DNA of 63,048 bases, counting the filler, from Olpidium bornovanus S191 (Eukaryota > Fungi > Olpidiomycota): NCBI GenBank assembly GCA_017911155.1. It is 31 parts of 31 records of this genome, joined end to end, with 100 filler letters (N's around TTAATTAATTAA, not from the genome) between each part and the next. Parts side by side here need not be neighbours in the genome. Positions count along the whole stretch, not along the records: positions 37,301 to 39,984 come from JAEFCI010012460.1; positions 40,085 to 42,081 come from JAEFCI010003220.1; positions 42,182 to 43,439 come from JAEFCI010010875.1; positions 43,540 to 45,614 come from JAEFCI010007207.1; positions 45,715 to 46,820 come from JAEFCI010012500.1; positions 46,921 to 48,190 come from JAEFCI010001118.1; 25 more parts are not named here. One strand, written 5' to 3'. The notes under the pieces are model-generated. The model was not told where the DNA came from and searched no databases. It worked only from the letters and a program-made list of their open reading frames with translations. Positions 37,201 through 48,290 of the stretch are shown one piece after another. The position numbers were made by a program, and so were the translations under genes. Each line of letters starts with the position of its first letter. The first letter of the stretch is position 1.

Positions 37201-37859
37201 NNNNNNNNNNNNNNNNNNNNNNNNNNNNNNNNNNNNNNNNNNNNTTAATTAATTAANNNNNNNNNNNNNNNNNNNNNNNNNNNNNNNNNNNNNNNNNNNN
37301 CATGGGAAAGCTGTTGAAATTGGGGTCGAAAGGGAGCTCGGACAGCTTCTCTATCCCACTGTTCTACCCGGATTTCTAGAGAGGGATTCAGGGGTGAATT
37401 CTGGGTTGATCCAGGGGTTGGACGTGCGCAATTGCGGCCCTTTCCCCTTTCCAACAGGAGCCGGGAAACAGAGTTCGCAGACAATATCCTGAAAGGGAAA
37501 CGTTTAATTAAGCTGGGAAAGAAATAACCGGGACTGGGGGGGGGGGGTGGAGGGGCAAAAAACGCTAAGGACGAGGGTGAGCGAACCAGAATGTTACGGG
37601 GACAGATGTACAAGGGCGAGAACGAGAGAAAGACCGGAAAAGAAAGAGAAAGAAAGAGGGAGAGACAAAGGTAAAAAGGGAGAGAGAGCGATAGAGAGAA
37701 AGAGAGAGAGAGACAGACAAACAGAGATGAAACTAAGGCTTTGGTAGGCGGGAAGGGGGAGCAACTGGACAAGCGGAAACGGAACGCTCGAAAAAGAAAT
37801 CAGAAATAAGGGGGAAGTAGGGAAAGAAAAGGACGTTTTCGCGCAAAACCAAGAAATTT

Positions 37860-38937
37860 TTAATGCGCAAAATTATCATCGGCAAGGACGTTGAACCGGC
37901 CGCCCCTGTAAGTAGCGCCGGACGCCGACGACGCCTGGTTCGGAGTCGAGTTACCGGAAACGGCGGCCACCCAACCGTCGGCGTTCGCATTGAACTTCTT
38001 CCTGGAAGACTTCTGCTTCGAGACGATTGTGAAGGTGTCCTCCTCCCTTGGCGGGGCGTCATCGCCGGCAGTTGGCGAGTTGAGCGCAGTCGCCCCCGCG
38101 CCAGCGGCCGAGGACGAGGTCACCGGAATGCCGTCAGCGCCCGCCACGGACGTATGCGGCGTGACGAAAGTGGACGAAGAGGCGGGAGCGTCGACCGCGG
38201 GGCTTCTCTTCTTCTTCCGCTGCTTTCGTTTGGCGGACTTGGACGGGCCACCTGCAGCCGCCTCGGCGCCAACACCCCCGTTTTCTTCCTCCCCGCCTTC
38301 TCCTCCTCCCTCGTCCTGCTTGTTATCTGTCGTTTGCTGCTGCTGCTGTTGCATCCGCTGCTGCTTCTGCGCCGCCGACGCAGGCGGTGGTTCCCGTGCA
38401 GGCGGTACGGCGCGCGGCGCCGCAACGTTGCGGTCGTCCTTGCCGGAAGAATTGTTCGCAACAGGGGCCTGGCCGTTTCGCTTCTTGCGCTTAGAGGATG
38501 TGCCCTCTGCGACGTCCACTGAAGTTGACTGACAAGAAAAGCAGCAAAACGGATGTCAATCAGAACGAATGAGAAGAGAAGGACGTACCGTCGGAGCGAC
38601 CGCAAAAAAAAGGAAAACCGGAGAAAAAATATTCACGTCTGGTTCGATTTGAGATGCCACGAGCTTCCGGCGGGGAAAAACTATTCACCTCCGAGGATCC
38701 AGCTCGCCTTCGCGCCGCGTCTGATCCTCGCCGGGCTTTGTCTTTTGCTGGCCCCTTAATGCGCTTGGAAGCCGCCGAGGTGGTGGAATTGCGGGCCTTT
38801 CCATTCTGCAGGGCGACCTTGGTCTTCACTGTGTCTGCCTTGAGCGTGTATAGGATGCCTATCAGCGCAGCGGCGGCGCCGAAGGTTGCAGCCAGGACGA
38901 CTGGCGTTGACACGAACGAATCGTCTCCTTCCGCCAT
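37860..38937 (-). CDS. Hypothetical single-pass membrane protein, two exons, about 305 aa
   Basis: Exons 38689-38937 and 37860-38528 join in frame at GT-AG sites. N-terminal TM segment VVLAATFGAAAALIGILYTL, then a basic, Gln-rich disordered tail. Confidence 0.65.
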
Positions 38938-40084
38938 TTGCTGATTTTTGTGAACTTTCGGAGTGTCTGAACCGAAGATGTCTGAGCCAGGGGGAGGAAA
39001 AAAAATGCGCATGTGGGCACGAAACTTGATTAGTTCCCTGATTCCCCCCTTTGACACCACGTTCCACGCTGAAAGGCGCACGGAGCGTTTGTTCAACCCG
39101 ACTCCTGCGCTTGTGGCAGTAAAGGACCGGAACCTCTCCTTTACGACGAGGTAGATTAGCATAAACTAAAACATGGAGAGGGACGCGCTTTATGCTCGTC
39201 CGTCCCATCCTGACACAACACCGCCGTTCGCCGGGAACCCGGACGTCCCGTTCACCTCTCCAGCCGAAGGACAAAAAGAGCAACTGTGCAAAAACCACCA
39301 CGCGGTCCAGATGTCTCCCGTTTGGGGCTGCTCACAGAATTGTTGCGGTATGCACGATCAAAAGGTTCACCCGGGATCGTTGCGCGAGGTACCGACGACG
39401 TCAAGACGAGAGCGTCTGGGCAAGAACCTGCGGGGCGGGGTTTGGGCGGGAGGAAAGCGAAGACCGGCAAAACCCGAAGACGACTCGGGGTGAGCGTCTG
39501 GGGAATGAGGGGGGGGAGGGGGTGTTCTTTTCGCCCGGAAAATCGGTCTTTCCGCCAAAGATAAGCACGCGACGGGAAAACACCAGTCGGTGGAAAGACA
39601 GCGAGAGGCAGAAGGGAAGAGAGAGAGCAAGAGAGAGAGAGACGCGACACGCGGCGGGACCGAAGCGCCGCGACAACAGCCGTCGCAAGTCACCCCTGTG
39701 CAGCTCGCCGGCACAACCCTGTGGCGGAATCCTCTTTTCCGCCTTGCACCGAGAGTACTCAGAGCACTCCCCGGCGGCGGTGGCTCCAACGGCGGGGCAG
39801 CCGAGACCCGTTTTTCCGCGGAGAGCGACGGCTCCGCACAGGGGGCTCCCGCGCAGGCGCGAGCGTGCGCGACGTCAGAACACACCTCCGCGGCCGCACA
39901 CACGCGCGCCTCCACACGAGGGCAGGGAATGGCAGGTCGTGGGGAGCGTCCGGGGGTCGGGTGTGTGTGTGTGTGTGGGGGGGGNNNNNNNNNNNNNNNN
40001 NNNNNNNNNNNNNNNNNNNNNNNNNNNNTTAATTAATTAANNNNNNNNNNNNNNNNNNNNNNNNNNNNNNNNNNNNNNNNNNNN

Positions 40085-41206
40085 CATGCTCCGGCGGTAC
40101 GTGGCAGAACCTGAAAACACGGAATATCCAAAACCCGACGCGCGGCAGTCGATCAGCATAATCGTAGTGCGTGATAAATCAATTGTGACGTTTCCTTTTT
40201 CCGCAGTACCGGAGAAGGTGACGAATGGTGCGTCACCGACATTGAAATTTTGGCTTTGATCCCGTCCTCGAGCGCTTTCGCGGAACGACACGCGATCAGG
40301 TCGGGAGCCAGACCGAGGCCGCGCAGGTCGCGGACGGAGGCCTGGGTAGGTTTCGTCTTCTGCTCGCCGACGGAACCGACGACGGGCACGAGGGAGACGT
40401 GGATGAGGCAGAAGTTCTCGTGGCCCACGCGGAACTGGAACTGCCTCATTGCCTCGACGAAAGGCGCCGACTCGATGTCGCCCACTGTGCCGCCCAGCTC
40501 GATAATGCACACGTCGGGTTCGGCCCCGTCCTGTTCGACGGGGACGCTGGCCACCCGCTCGACCCAGTCCTGGATCGCGTCGGTGATGTGCGGCACGACC
40601 TGCACAGTCTTGCCCAGGTAGTCGCCGCGCCGCTCGCGCTCGATACCCTGCCGGTAAATTTTCCCCGTCGTAATGTTATTCTCGCGGGTGAGGGTCACGT
40701 TGAGGAATCGCTCGTAGTTGCCGAGGTCCAGGTCCACCTCCCCGCCGTCGTTCAGCACGAAGACCTCCCCTGGGCGATAAAGAAAAAAATCGGGTTAAGC
40801 GGAAACGAGCGGATCGGGTCGCACGTCGCACGCCGAGGTCGGCGCCCGCCGAGCGGGGCCGTCCGGTCCGTAAAGCGGCCCGGCTTCCGTCCGGCGGTAA
40901 GCCGCTTTCCACCCCCCTCGGCCCCACCTCCCGCCCCTCCCGCGGCACCTCGCGCCGGGCCGAGCGAAGGGGCCGATAACGGCAGGGGAGGAGGCCGGGA
41001 GAGCGGGGGATTCGTTAGCGAGTCCACGCACCGTGGTCGAGCGGGCTGAGCGTCCCGGCATCGATGTTCAGGTACGGGTCTATCTTTATGGCGGTGACGC
41101 CGAGGCCGTACGTCTTGAGGAGAAGGCCCGTGGACGAGGCAATGACTCCCTTTCCTATCCCGGAGATCACGCCGCCGGTGACGACGACGTACTTCCTGGC
41201 CGGCAT
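40085..41206 (-). CDS. URA7: CTP synthase, N-terminal part
   Basis: [39 protein letters not shown] / [38 protein letters not shown] / MFCHVPPEH. Confidence 0.97.
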
Positions 41207-41343
41207 TGCTTTTGTCTCTTCTTTCCGGTTGCTCGCGGGCCGCTCTCGGAAAGTGCGCAAACAGCAATTTTTTTTTTTTTTTTTTTTTTTGGACCGGGGG
41301 GGAAACACTACACCACCCCCCCCCCCCTTTTCCCCCTTTTCCC

Positions 41344-41382
<39 letters not shown>

Positions 41383-41689
41383 GGCGCATCCAGGTTTCGC
41401 TTGAACGGCACCTCTTCGTCCTCTCCCGCCGCCGGACTGGCCTGCCGTCAGGAGCCGGAACGGGCTGGCTCGAGGGAGCGGAAGATGCTGCACAGAAGGA
41501 AACGAGGCAAACAGGCGCAGAAATGGAAGCGCACCCACCAACGGCAGCAGCGACCAAGGGCAACACCGGCAGCGTGACTGCAGCATCGGCAGCAGCATTG
41601 ACGAGTGATGACAGGGTCGGCAAAGGCGGTGGCAGGGGCAGCAGCACAAACGGCAGGACAGGCGATAGGTGGCAATTGGCAGCCAAGGC

Positions 41690-42081
41690 AATGTAGCAAT
41701 GCAATCGCAACATCAGCGGCTGCACCGGTGACAACATCGACAGTGGCAATGTCAATGGAAATGGCAACCGAAAAATGAGAGTAGCAGCAATGGCAGCAAC
41801 GGCAATCCTATCGGAATGGCAACTTGGCTACGGCGACCATGGTTATGGCAGCTGGTGGCGGTGGCACCTATGGGTGTGGCAACTGTGGCTATGGTAGCCG
41901 TGTCTGGCAGCTGTGGCAATGGCAACCGTTTCTTGGCGGCAGTGGCAATGGTGAATGTGGTTATGGCAACTGGCAACAGTGGCAATGGCAACAGTGGCTA
42001 TGGCAACCGTGGCAACCGACTGTAGCGGACAGCTGAGGCAAAAGATGACTGGCAAAAAGCAGTGCGGCAATGGCAACCATG
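41690..42081. repeat. Degenerate TGGCAA/TGGCTA-based minisatellite
   Basis: Recurrent TGGCAAC, TGGCAAT and TGGCTA units, with a 15-bp period near 41970-42015. Confidence 0.8.
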
Positions 42082-42181
42082 NNNNNNNNNNNNNNNNNNN
42101 NNNNNNNNNNNNNNNNNNNNNNNNNTTAATTAATTAANNNNNNNNNNNNNNNNNNNNNNNNNNNNNNNNNNNNNNNNNNNN

Positions 42182-42221
<40 letters not shown>

Positions 42222-43539
42222 GGCGGTGTTACGGACGACGAGACGCCCGACTGAATCCCGACGTGAGTCCCAGGAAGCGACGACCGACCGTCCCCTCGCA
42301 CCCTGTTGACTGATCAGGGCGACGAACTGCCGCGACATTCGTTCGCCCTCACTCCCTCTTCCCGCCCCCCTTCCCCCTCCCATCTTTTTCCCGCTTTTTC
42401 TTCGGAGATCTCACGGCCGCTCCAACTACAGCGTTGGCCTCTCGGCAGGAGAGAGAGGAAGGGGGATGGGGGGGGGGGGGACGCGGTGCCCGCGGAAAAT
42501 ACGTGGTGCTGCTCGGAAGAGGAGGGACTCGCGCGTCCGCCGCGAGTGGGCAGCACGAAGAAGGTGCGCGGGCGCGACGTTCGTTTGGTCGGAGGCGAGA
42601 CACGAAGATGCGGTCGCTGCTTTTACTCTCGCCGCCGGTCCAGGTCTTCCTGTTGGATATGCGCCGCGCGCCACGGTTACCCCAAACGAGAAACCTTCCG
42701 CCCTCCCCCTCTACCAAATACAAACGAAGGGCGTCACAGCCTAAAAACGAGCGACCATACCCACACCCCCCACTCCCCGCCCTTCCACCCCACCCCTGGT
42801 GCTCTGCCTCACCAGGGGTGGGTTAGGACACCGCATGCGCGGGGGATACTCGCACACCGTCGGCCTCTTTGCAAACACGCCCGTAATCAAACAGAACAAA
42901 TCGTCCGTTCTGCTGGAGTGCGCGTACACGTGGACCTACCGGTGCGCTGCTATGCGATATGTACCCGTACTGCACCTCCCCTGGCTTTCGAATAAAAGTA
43001 CAATTCGAAATCATTTACGTTCGATGTATTGATATTTGTCGCACCTCGCACTCCTCAATTGTGAGCAACACAGTTTTGTTCACCTGATTCCGCCGGCTAT
43101 GACTAGGACCATACCAGCGAATTAGACGTTTTTTTGATATTTCGAACAAACCGACGTTGTCAAAATACAACTTCATCGTCAATTAATGTTATGCAGCGTT
43201 GGACGAATGATTTCCTGTCGCAACCTGTTGGAAGGTTAATGTTATCTGCGCAAATTGCTAATATGGAACACCGGATATGCGATCGTAGGGCTAATATTTC
43301 GAACCCGTACCGGCTGATCCGTAAGCAAGTTAACGACACACTGGGAACGGGTTTATACTGCATTTCATATTTACAAGGGGTGGTACGTTTTGCTCCAGGG
43401 ATTAATCGAGGGGGGGGGGGGGGAGGAGAGGCGGTGGGANNNNNNNNNNNNNNNNNNNNNNNNNNNNNNNNNNNNNNNNNNNNTTAATTAATTAANNNNN
43501 NNNNNNNNNNNNNNNNNNNNNNNNNNNNNNNNNNNNNNN

Positions 43540-44560
43540 CATGGTTCCGAACGCAGCTGTTCTAGGCCCACGGCAATACGTTTCTCGGCGGCAGCCGTAG
43601 GATCTTTCCGGGCCTCGCGCCACGGTTCGTCCCCGTATTTTACGGTTCGTCCCGTATTTCGACGCCTCTTCGTTAGCAGCTCGTTCGCGTCCGCTCCTCT
43701 CAAAAATTCTCCCGCCCCCCGCCCCTTCGATCTGGCGGACGCGTCTTAATCGTCGCGCCAAAACCGCCGTTCTGCAAGAGGTATGGTAGTCTTCCGATGC
43801 GAGCGTCGTCGCATTCCTTGCTGGGGAGTGCGAAGCAGCGTGCATATCAAGGGAAGGGGGGGGGGGGGGGGGGGCTGACTTCCACGACATTCAGGATGTA
43901 CCTGTTCGCGTGGATTAACTTTTTGGGAATGTGCCCCGCCAGGTCAGCGTGAGCAAGTTCCCCCGCCGGCGGGTGCGTTTGTTTTGAATCGTAGAATGCG
44001 GCTTGCGGGCTCGCTTTCCGAGTTAGCAGAAATCGCGTGTTGGTCTCCGGGGACTTGTGTAGGGCTGCGCTCCCGCCGCCTTTTTTCCATCTGCTTGCGT
44101 TTGGAACCAACGGATGGTTCCGTTCGTCGTTCGTTGATCGGGCGTGCAGAGTTTCGTAGTCGCCTGTTTTCATGGCAACTATTCATAGTGGGTGCTGCGT
44201 AAAAATAGAATAATCTATCGTCGTTTTTGCGGGTCCCTGTTGCGATTGATGGTGGTCTGTCGTCGTTGATGCGCGTCTCTGTCGGCACGATGGTCCCGTC
44301 CTTGGTGCTGAGGGCAGTCCCATCCGGCTTGAACATGATTTCGAGTCCATGCAGAGACGGAGAACAAGGGCATACGGAAGGCGAGGACTAGCCCTCGGCG
44401 CGGACCAGCTCGCAAGGCACCAGTAAGAATTGTTCTGGAAGAGATTGAAATCGCCGTGCGCGAAGCTCTTGTCCCTTCCGCGATGTATCGGCCTCGTATA
44501 AATTGGTTCTTTTGGACACAACAATCAATTGCGCAGCAGGTCGTCTGCGCCTGGAGTCCG
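43540..44560 (-). mobile_element. Heavily decayed Ty1/copia pol relic (protease - GAG-pre-integrase - integrase)
   Basis: Frameshifted pieces lie in copia order: GLEIMFKPDGTALSTKDG..IATGTRKNDDRLFYF (post-protease G..V.F..G..IA.G.R..LY.L), then KASPQAAF..GELAHADLAG..NRYILNVVE (integrase core start). Confidence 0.55.
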
Positions 44561-44874
44561 TGCAACCTTTTTTTGTCAGTCCGTCAGCGTGTAAACATCA
44601 TGACGGCAGTTGTTATGTTTTCATTAATCTGGCAGCGCCCGCTGTTCCTTTGCATAGCGCGATAACGAGTGAGAAGAAGAAATGGCAAAATCACGGAATA
44701 TATCGGCCAGGCGAAAAGGTAGGGCCGCAGAGATATGGTAGCATGAAACCGCACCAGCAATCACTGGTGTCGATGCGCTACATTCTTCGGGATGGACGAA
44801 GAGGACCGCAAAATGTCGGCAACGAGATGCGGCGGTGACGCGGGGGTGTTCGAAAAAAGCAGAATTCGAGAGCA

Positions 44875-45415
44875 CTAGGATCGCTCCCCACGCAGGCGGC
44901 GCGCTAGCTGGATATCTTTTGGTTGAATGGTGACGCGCTTCGCATGGCTGAAAGAGGATTGTACGAAGGGTTGGTATAGCTGCTGGAGGCGTGGGCTGAC
45001 CGGCCACGAACACAAACGCAAACGAAGAAAGCCAATTTTGGGGAAGTCGAGACGCCACGTGACTTACATGGCGGCGAGGTTGGTGTCTTCGAATAGCGTA
45101 ACAAGGTAAGCCTCGGCGGCCTCCTGCAGGGCGCCGATTGCGGAGCTTTGGAAGCGCAGGTCTGTCTTGAAGTCCTGAGCAATCTCACGCCTGCGAAGGC
45201 AAACACCCCCAAAGACATTTGTTGAACACCGTCAAAACCAAAAAAAAAAACCGCAGCACGCGGGCACGGCGTGACGAACGAGGAAGAGCTTTTGAGCTCC
45301 TCGGCTCTTTTCGCAGAAAGTCCGGGGCGTACACGCACACCAGGCGCTGGAACGGCAGCTTTCGAATAAGGAGCTCGGTGGATTTCTGGTAGCGGCGGAT
45401 CTCACGGAGCGCGAC
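44875..45415 (-). CDS. H3: Histone H3 (fungal, H3.3-like), 5' truncated, three exons visible
   Basis: Exons 45339-45415, about 45069-45190 and about 44875-44947 give [90 protein letters not shown], ending in TAG. Confidence 0.97.
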
Positions 45416-45566
45416 CTGTTTGATTCCGCAGTCGAGGATACCGAGAAGCAGCGGGACAGAAAGGGTCGCGCGCGATCGACGGAGCGAAGCACCGGGGGCG
45501 CTTTCAACAACGGCGCGTCGCCAGGGTTCCGCACGAGACGGCGGAATAAAGCAAAAAAAGCGAAGA

Positions 45567-45614
<48 letters not shown>

Positions 45615-45715
45615 NNNNNNNNNNNNNNNNNNNNNNNNNNNNNNNNNNNNNNNNNNNNTTAATTAATTAANNNNNNNNNNNNNNNNNNNNNNNNNNNNNN
45701 NNNNNNNNNNNNNNC

Positions 45716-46820
45716 TGGACCTCCGTTGAAGAAGAGAGCTTCTGTTCTTTGAAGGCGCACCTGGCCTCTGCTCCTGTCGTTACTCACCCCGATCCGTCGC
45801 GCACCTTCGAGCTCGCAGTCGATGCCGGTCCACGCGCGATTTCCGGCAATCTGTATCAACGCGACGACTCCGGCCACCACAGGGTGTGCTACTATGGCAG
45901 TTGGAAGCTCTCGCGGACAGAGCAGAACTACAGTCAGCCAGAACGGGAATGTCTCGCAGTTGTCAGTTCCTGTCGCGAATACCACCCGTTTTTTTTAAAC
46001 TCTCCTTTTGTTCTGTGGACCGACTGTACGGCGATCGTTGATTTGATCAAGAAGCCCGACCTCTCCGGCAAGTTCGCCCGTTGGGTCATGTTTCTTGCCG
46101 ACTTTCCCTTCGAATGTCGTCAAGGCAGTGCAGCTCGCCACCGTGATGCAGATGCACTTTCTCGCCTCGTCGCCGAGCAGGAGGAGGAGGAGGATGCCGA
46201 GGATGCCGCCGCGTCGGATCATTTGGATGCCGCTGCGTTGGATCGTTTGGATCGTTTGCTCGACAACGGCGTCGAGGACAACGTTCTTTGCGGCCTCAAC
46301 AACAACAGCGCCGCGTTGGATCGTTTGCCTGCGTCATCATATCGTTTGGCATATCGTTTTATGTCGGATCACTCGCTCGACGACGCCTTCGAAGAAGGAC
46401 ACGGAAACGACGTCAAGGACAAAGTTCTTTTGCCGCTAAGTGATGACATCGGGGGCAGGCTTCGCCCCCCTGATGGAAGTGTTGTTCCAATGCCGGAGCC
46501 TCTTGTCTCTTCAGTGGCCTATCGCCCGCCTCTCCCTGACGACGCTTCGTCGTTCCTCGCTTCACGTTTGCACACTACTGATTGGAAGCTGCACCCCGCC
46601 TGGTTCGCAGCTTTAGATGTCTGTTGGGGTCCACATACTATCGATCTTTTCGCGTCTGCCCGTAACCGCCAGCTTCCCCGGTATGCCTCGCTCAAGCCAG
46701 AGGCCGACGCCGTCGCTACAGACGCCTTCTCTCTCAACTGGTCGGTCGAAAACGGATGGGCCAACCCTCCTTTCGAGTCCGCCACGTTCTGGCGCATCCT
46801 GAACAAGGTCAAGTCTGAAG
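45716..46820 (+). mobile_element. Retroelement pol fragment: Ty3/gypsy-type RT connection and RNase H fused to a Dam-family N6-adenine methyltransferase
   Basis: One open frame spans the whole contig: W..EEESF..LK..L..APV..HPD..FELAVDA..NYSQPERECLAVV..WTDC..ARW..DADALSR, a 138-aa linker, then DWKL..F..L..WGPHTIDLFAS..DAF..W..NPPF. Confidence 0.85.
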
Positions 46821-47445
46821 NNNNNNNNNNNNNNNNNNNNNNNNNNNNNNNNNNNNNNNNNNNNTTAATTAATTAANNNNNNNNNNNNNNNNNNNNNNNN
46901 NNNNNNNNNNNNNNNNNNNNAATAATGCCGACCTTCGATTATTTTGGCAATGCCCGGCCTTCTATTATTTGGCAGTGCCTGGCGACAGTCCCTCTGCCCC
47001 CGATCTTTTAGGGCATCTCATGAACTCCCGGACAGCCGCGGCACTTCGACAAAAGGCGGCTTCGCGTGGAGTTTTTGTTGCTTGTTTTTTTTTTTCGAAA
47101 AATGAGACCAGCAGGGACATGCGGAATAAAAGCCATGCTCTGTATAACACACACACAAGGAATTGCGGTGCAACACGTCTCAAGGGAAGGGGGAAAGATG
47201 GGAGGGGGGGGGTGGGAGAAGGGGAGCAATCGGGCTGAACGCTGTGCGACTGGGGGTTGATATCGGTACATAATTATGCAAAAGAAACACGAACAGGCAT
47301 GCGACGTACGGGGCAAAATAATGCACTACCTCAGCCTGTACCACAACAAACGAGGTGATGCCTCTAACATTAAAGCGGCAGCGACCAGGAGGGGGTGGGG
47401 GGGCGTTACCGGAGCACCCATACCGAAATGTTCTTGAAAACCATG

Positions 47446-48190
47446 CTAAAAACCCTCGTGGTGCAACCTGGTCGCCATCCGGCACACAAACTCAATGGTG
47501 TCGAACGCGCCGCCGCCTCGAGACGCCTCCGGCGGCCTTTTCTTTTGCGGGCGCAGAGAGACCCGCCCAGTCAGCGGGTCACGGACGACTCGCGAGCGGC
47601 AACGCTTCGTAAGCTCAAAATGGTCCGCCTGCAGCGTCTCCAAGTAACGACCCCAGCGAGCAGACCGCACGCTCACGATGCCTGAAAACGGCCGCAAAGC
47701 ATTCGGGGAGCGGGCCGTTGTGCGCCGTCAGAGTTAACAATTGCGATCCGAAGTACAAGCCCGAGAAAAAAAAAAACTCGTTGGCGCGGTGTCAACGACG
47801 AAGCAGCATTGTGTTGCAGTAAGTACCGCGGACGCACCGTCATTCGGGCCGTCCCTCCTCCGCACAACTTCCCAGGGGATCCTTAGAGTGTCGTACACGG
47901 AGAATTCAGCGGCGGCACCGTAGCTGTAGTAGCTCACACCGGGCACGTCGGGAATGGCGCGATTGAAGACGTTCTCGCAGAACTCTGTGGTGAGGCAGGC
48001 ATAGGCGGGGGAATCGAAGGCCGAAAGAAGGCGGGAAATCACCCTGGCCCTTCCCCCAGCCTTGCGTCTCCGCTCGATGTCCACATCCTTGTCCGGCCCG
48101 CGCCCTCCGCCCTTCTCCTCCGTTTCACTGTCCTCCACCCCGAGTCCCGAAAAATTCTCTTCCAGGACCTGGGCCAACCCGACACCCATG
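47446..48190 (-). CDS. Tgl2-like alpha/beta-hydrolase lipase, C-terminal part
   Basis: AYACLTTEFCENVFN..DVPGVSYYSYGA..LRIPWEVVRRRDGPNDG / IVSVRSARWGRYLETLQADHFEL..FVCRMATRLHHEGF. Confidence 0.8.
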
Positions 48191-48290
48191 NNNNNNNNNN
48201 NNNNNNNNNNNNNNNNNNNNNNNNNNNNNNNNNNTTAATTAATTAANNNNNNNNNNNNNNNNNNNNNNNNNNNNNNNNNNNNNNNNNNNN

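Noticed and set aside
37197-37304. CATG ends as remnants of a template-switch cDNA adaptor
   Set aside because: The CATG is not consistently followed by GG, and the contigs retain introns, so they are genomic.
45716-46165. Ordinary DIRS element
   Set aside because: The RNase H has gypsy-type motifs (NYSQPERECLAVV, ARW, ADALSR) rather than the DIRS GWG/HIN-LEL pattern. Kept as a finding instead.
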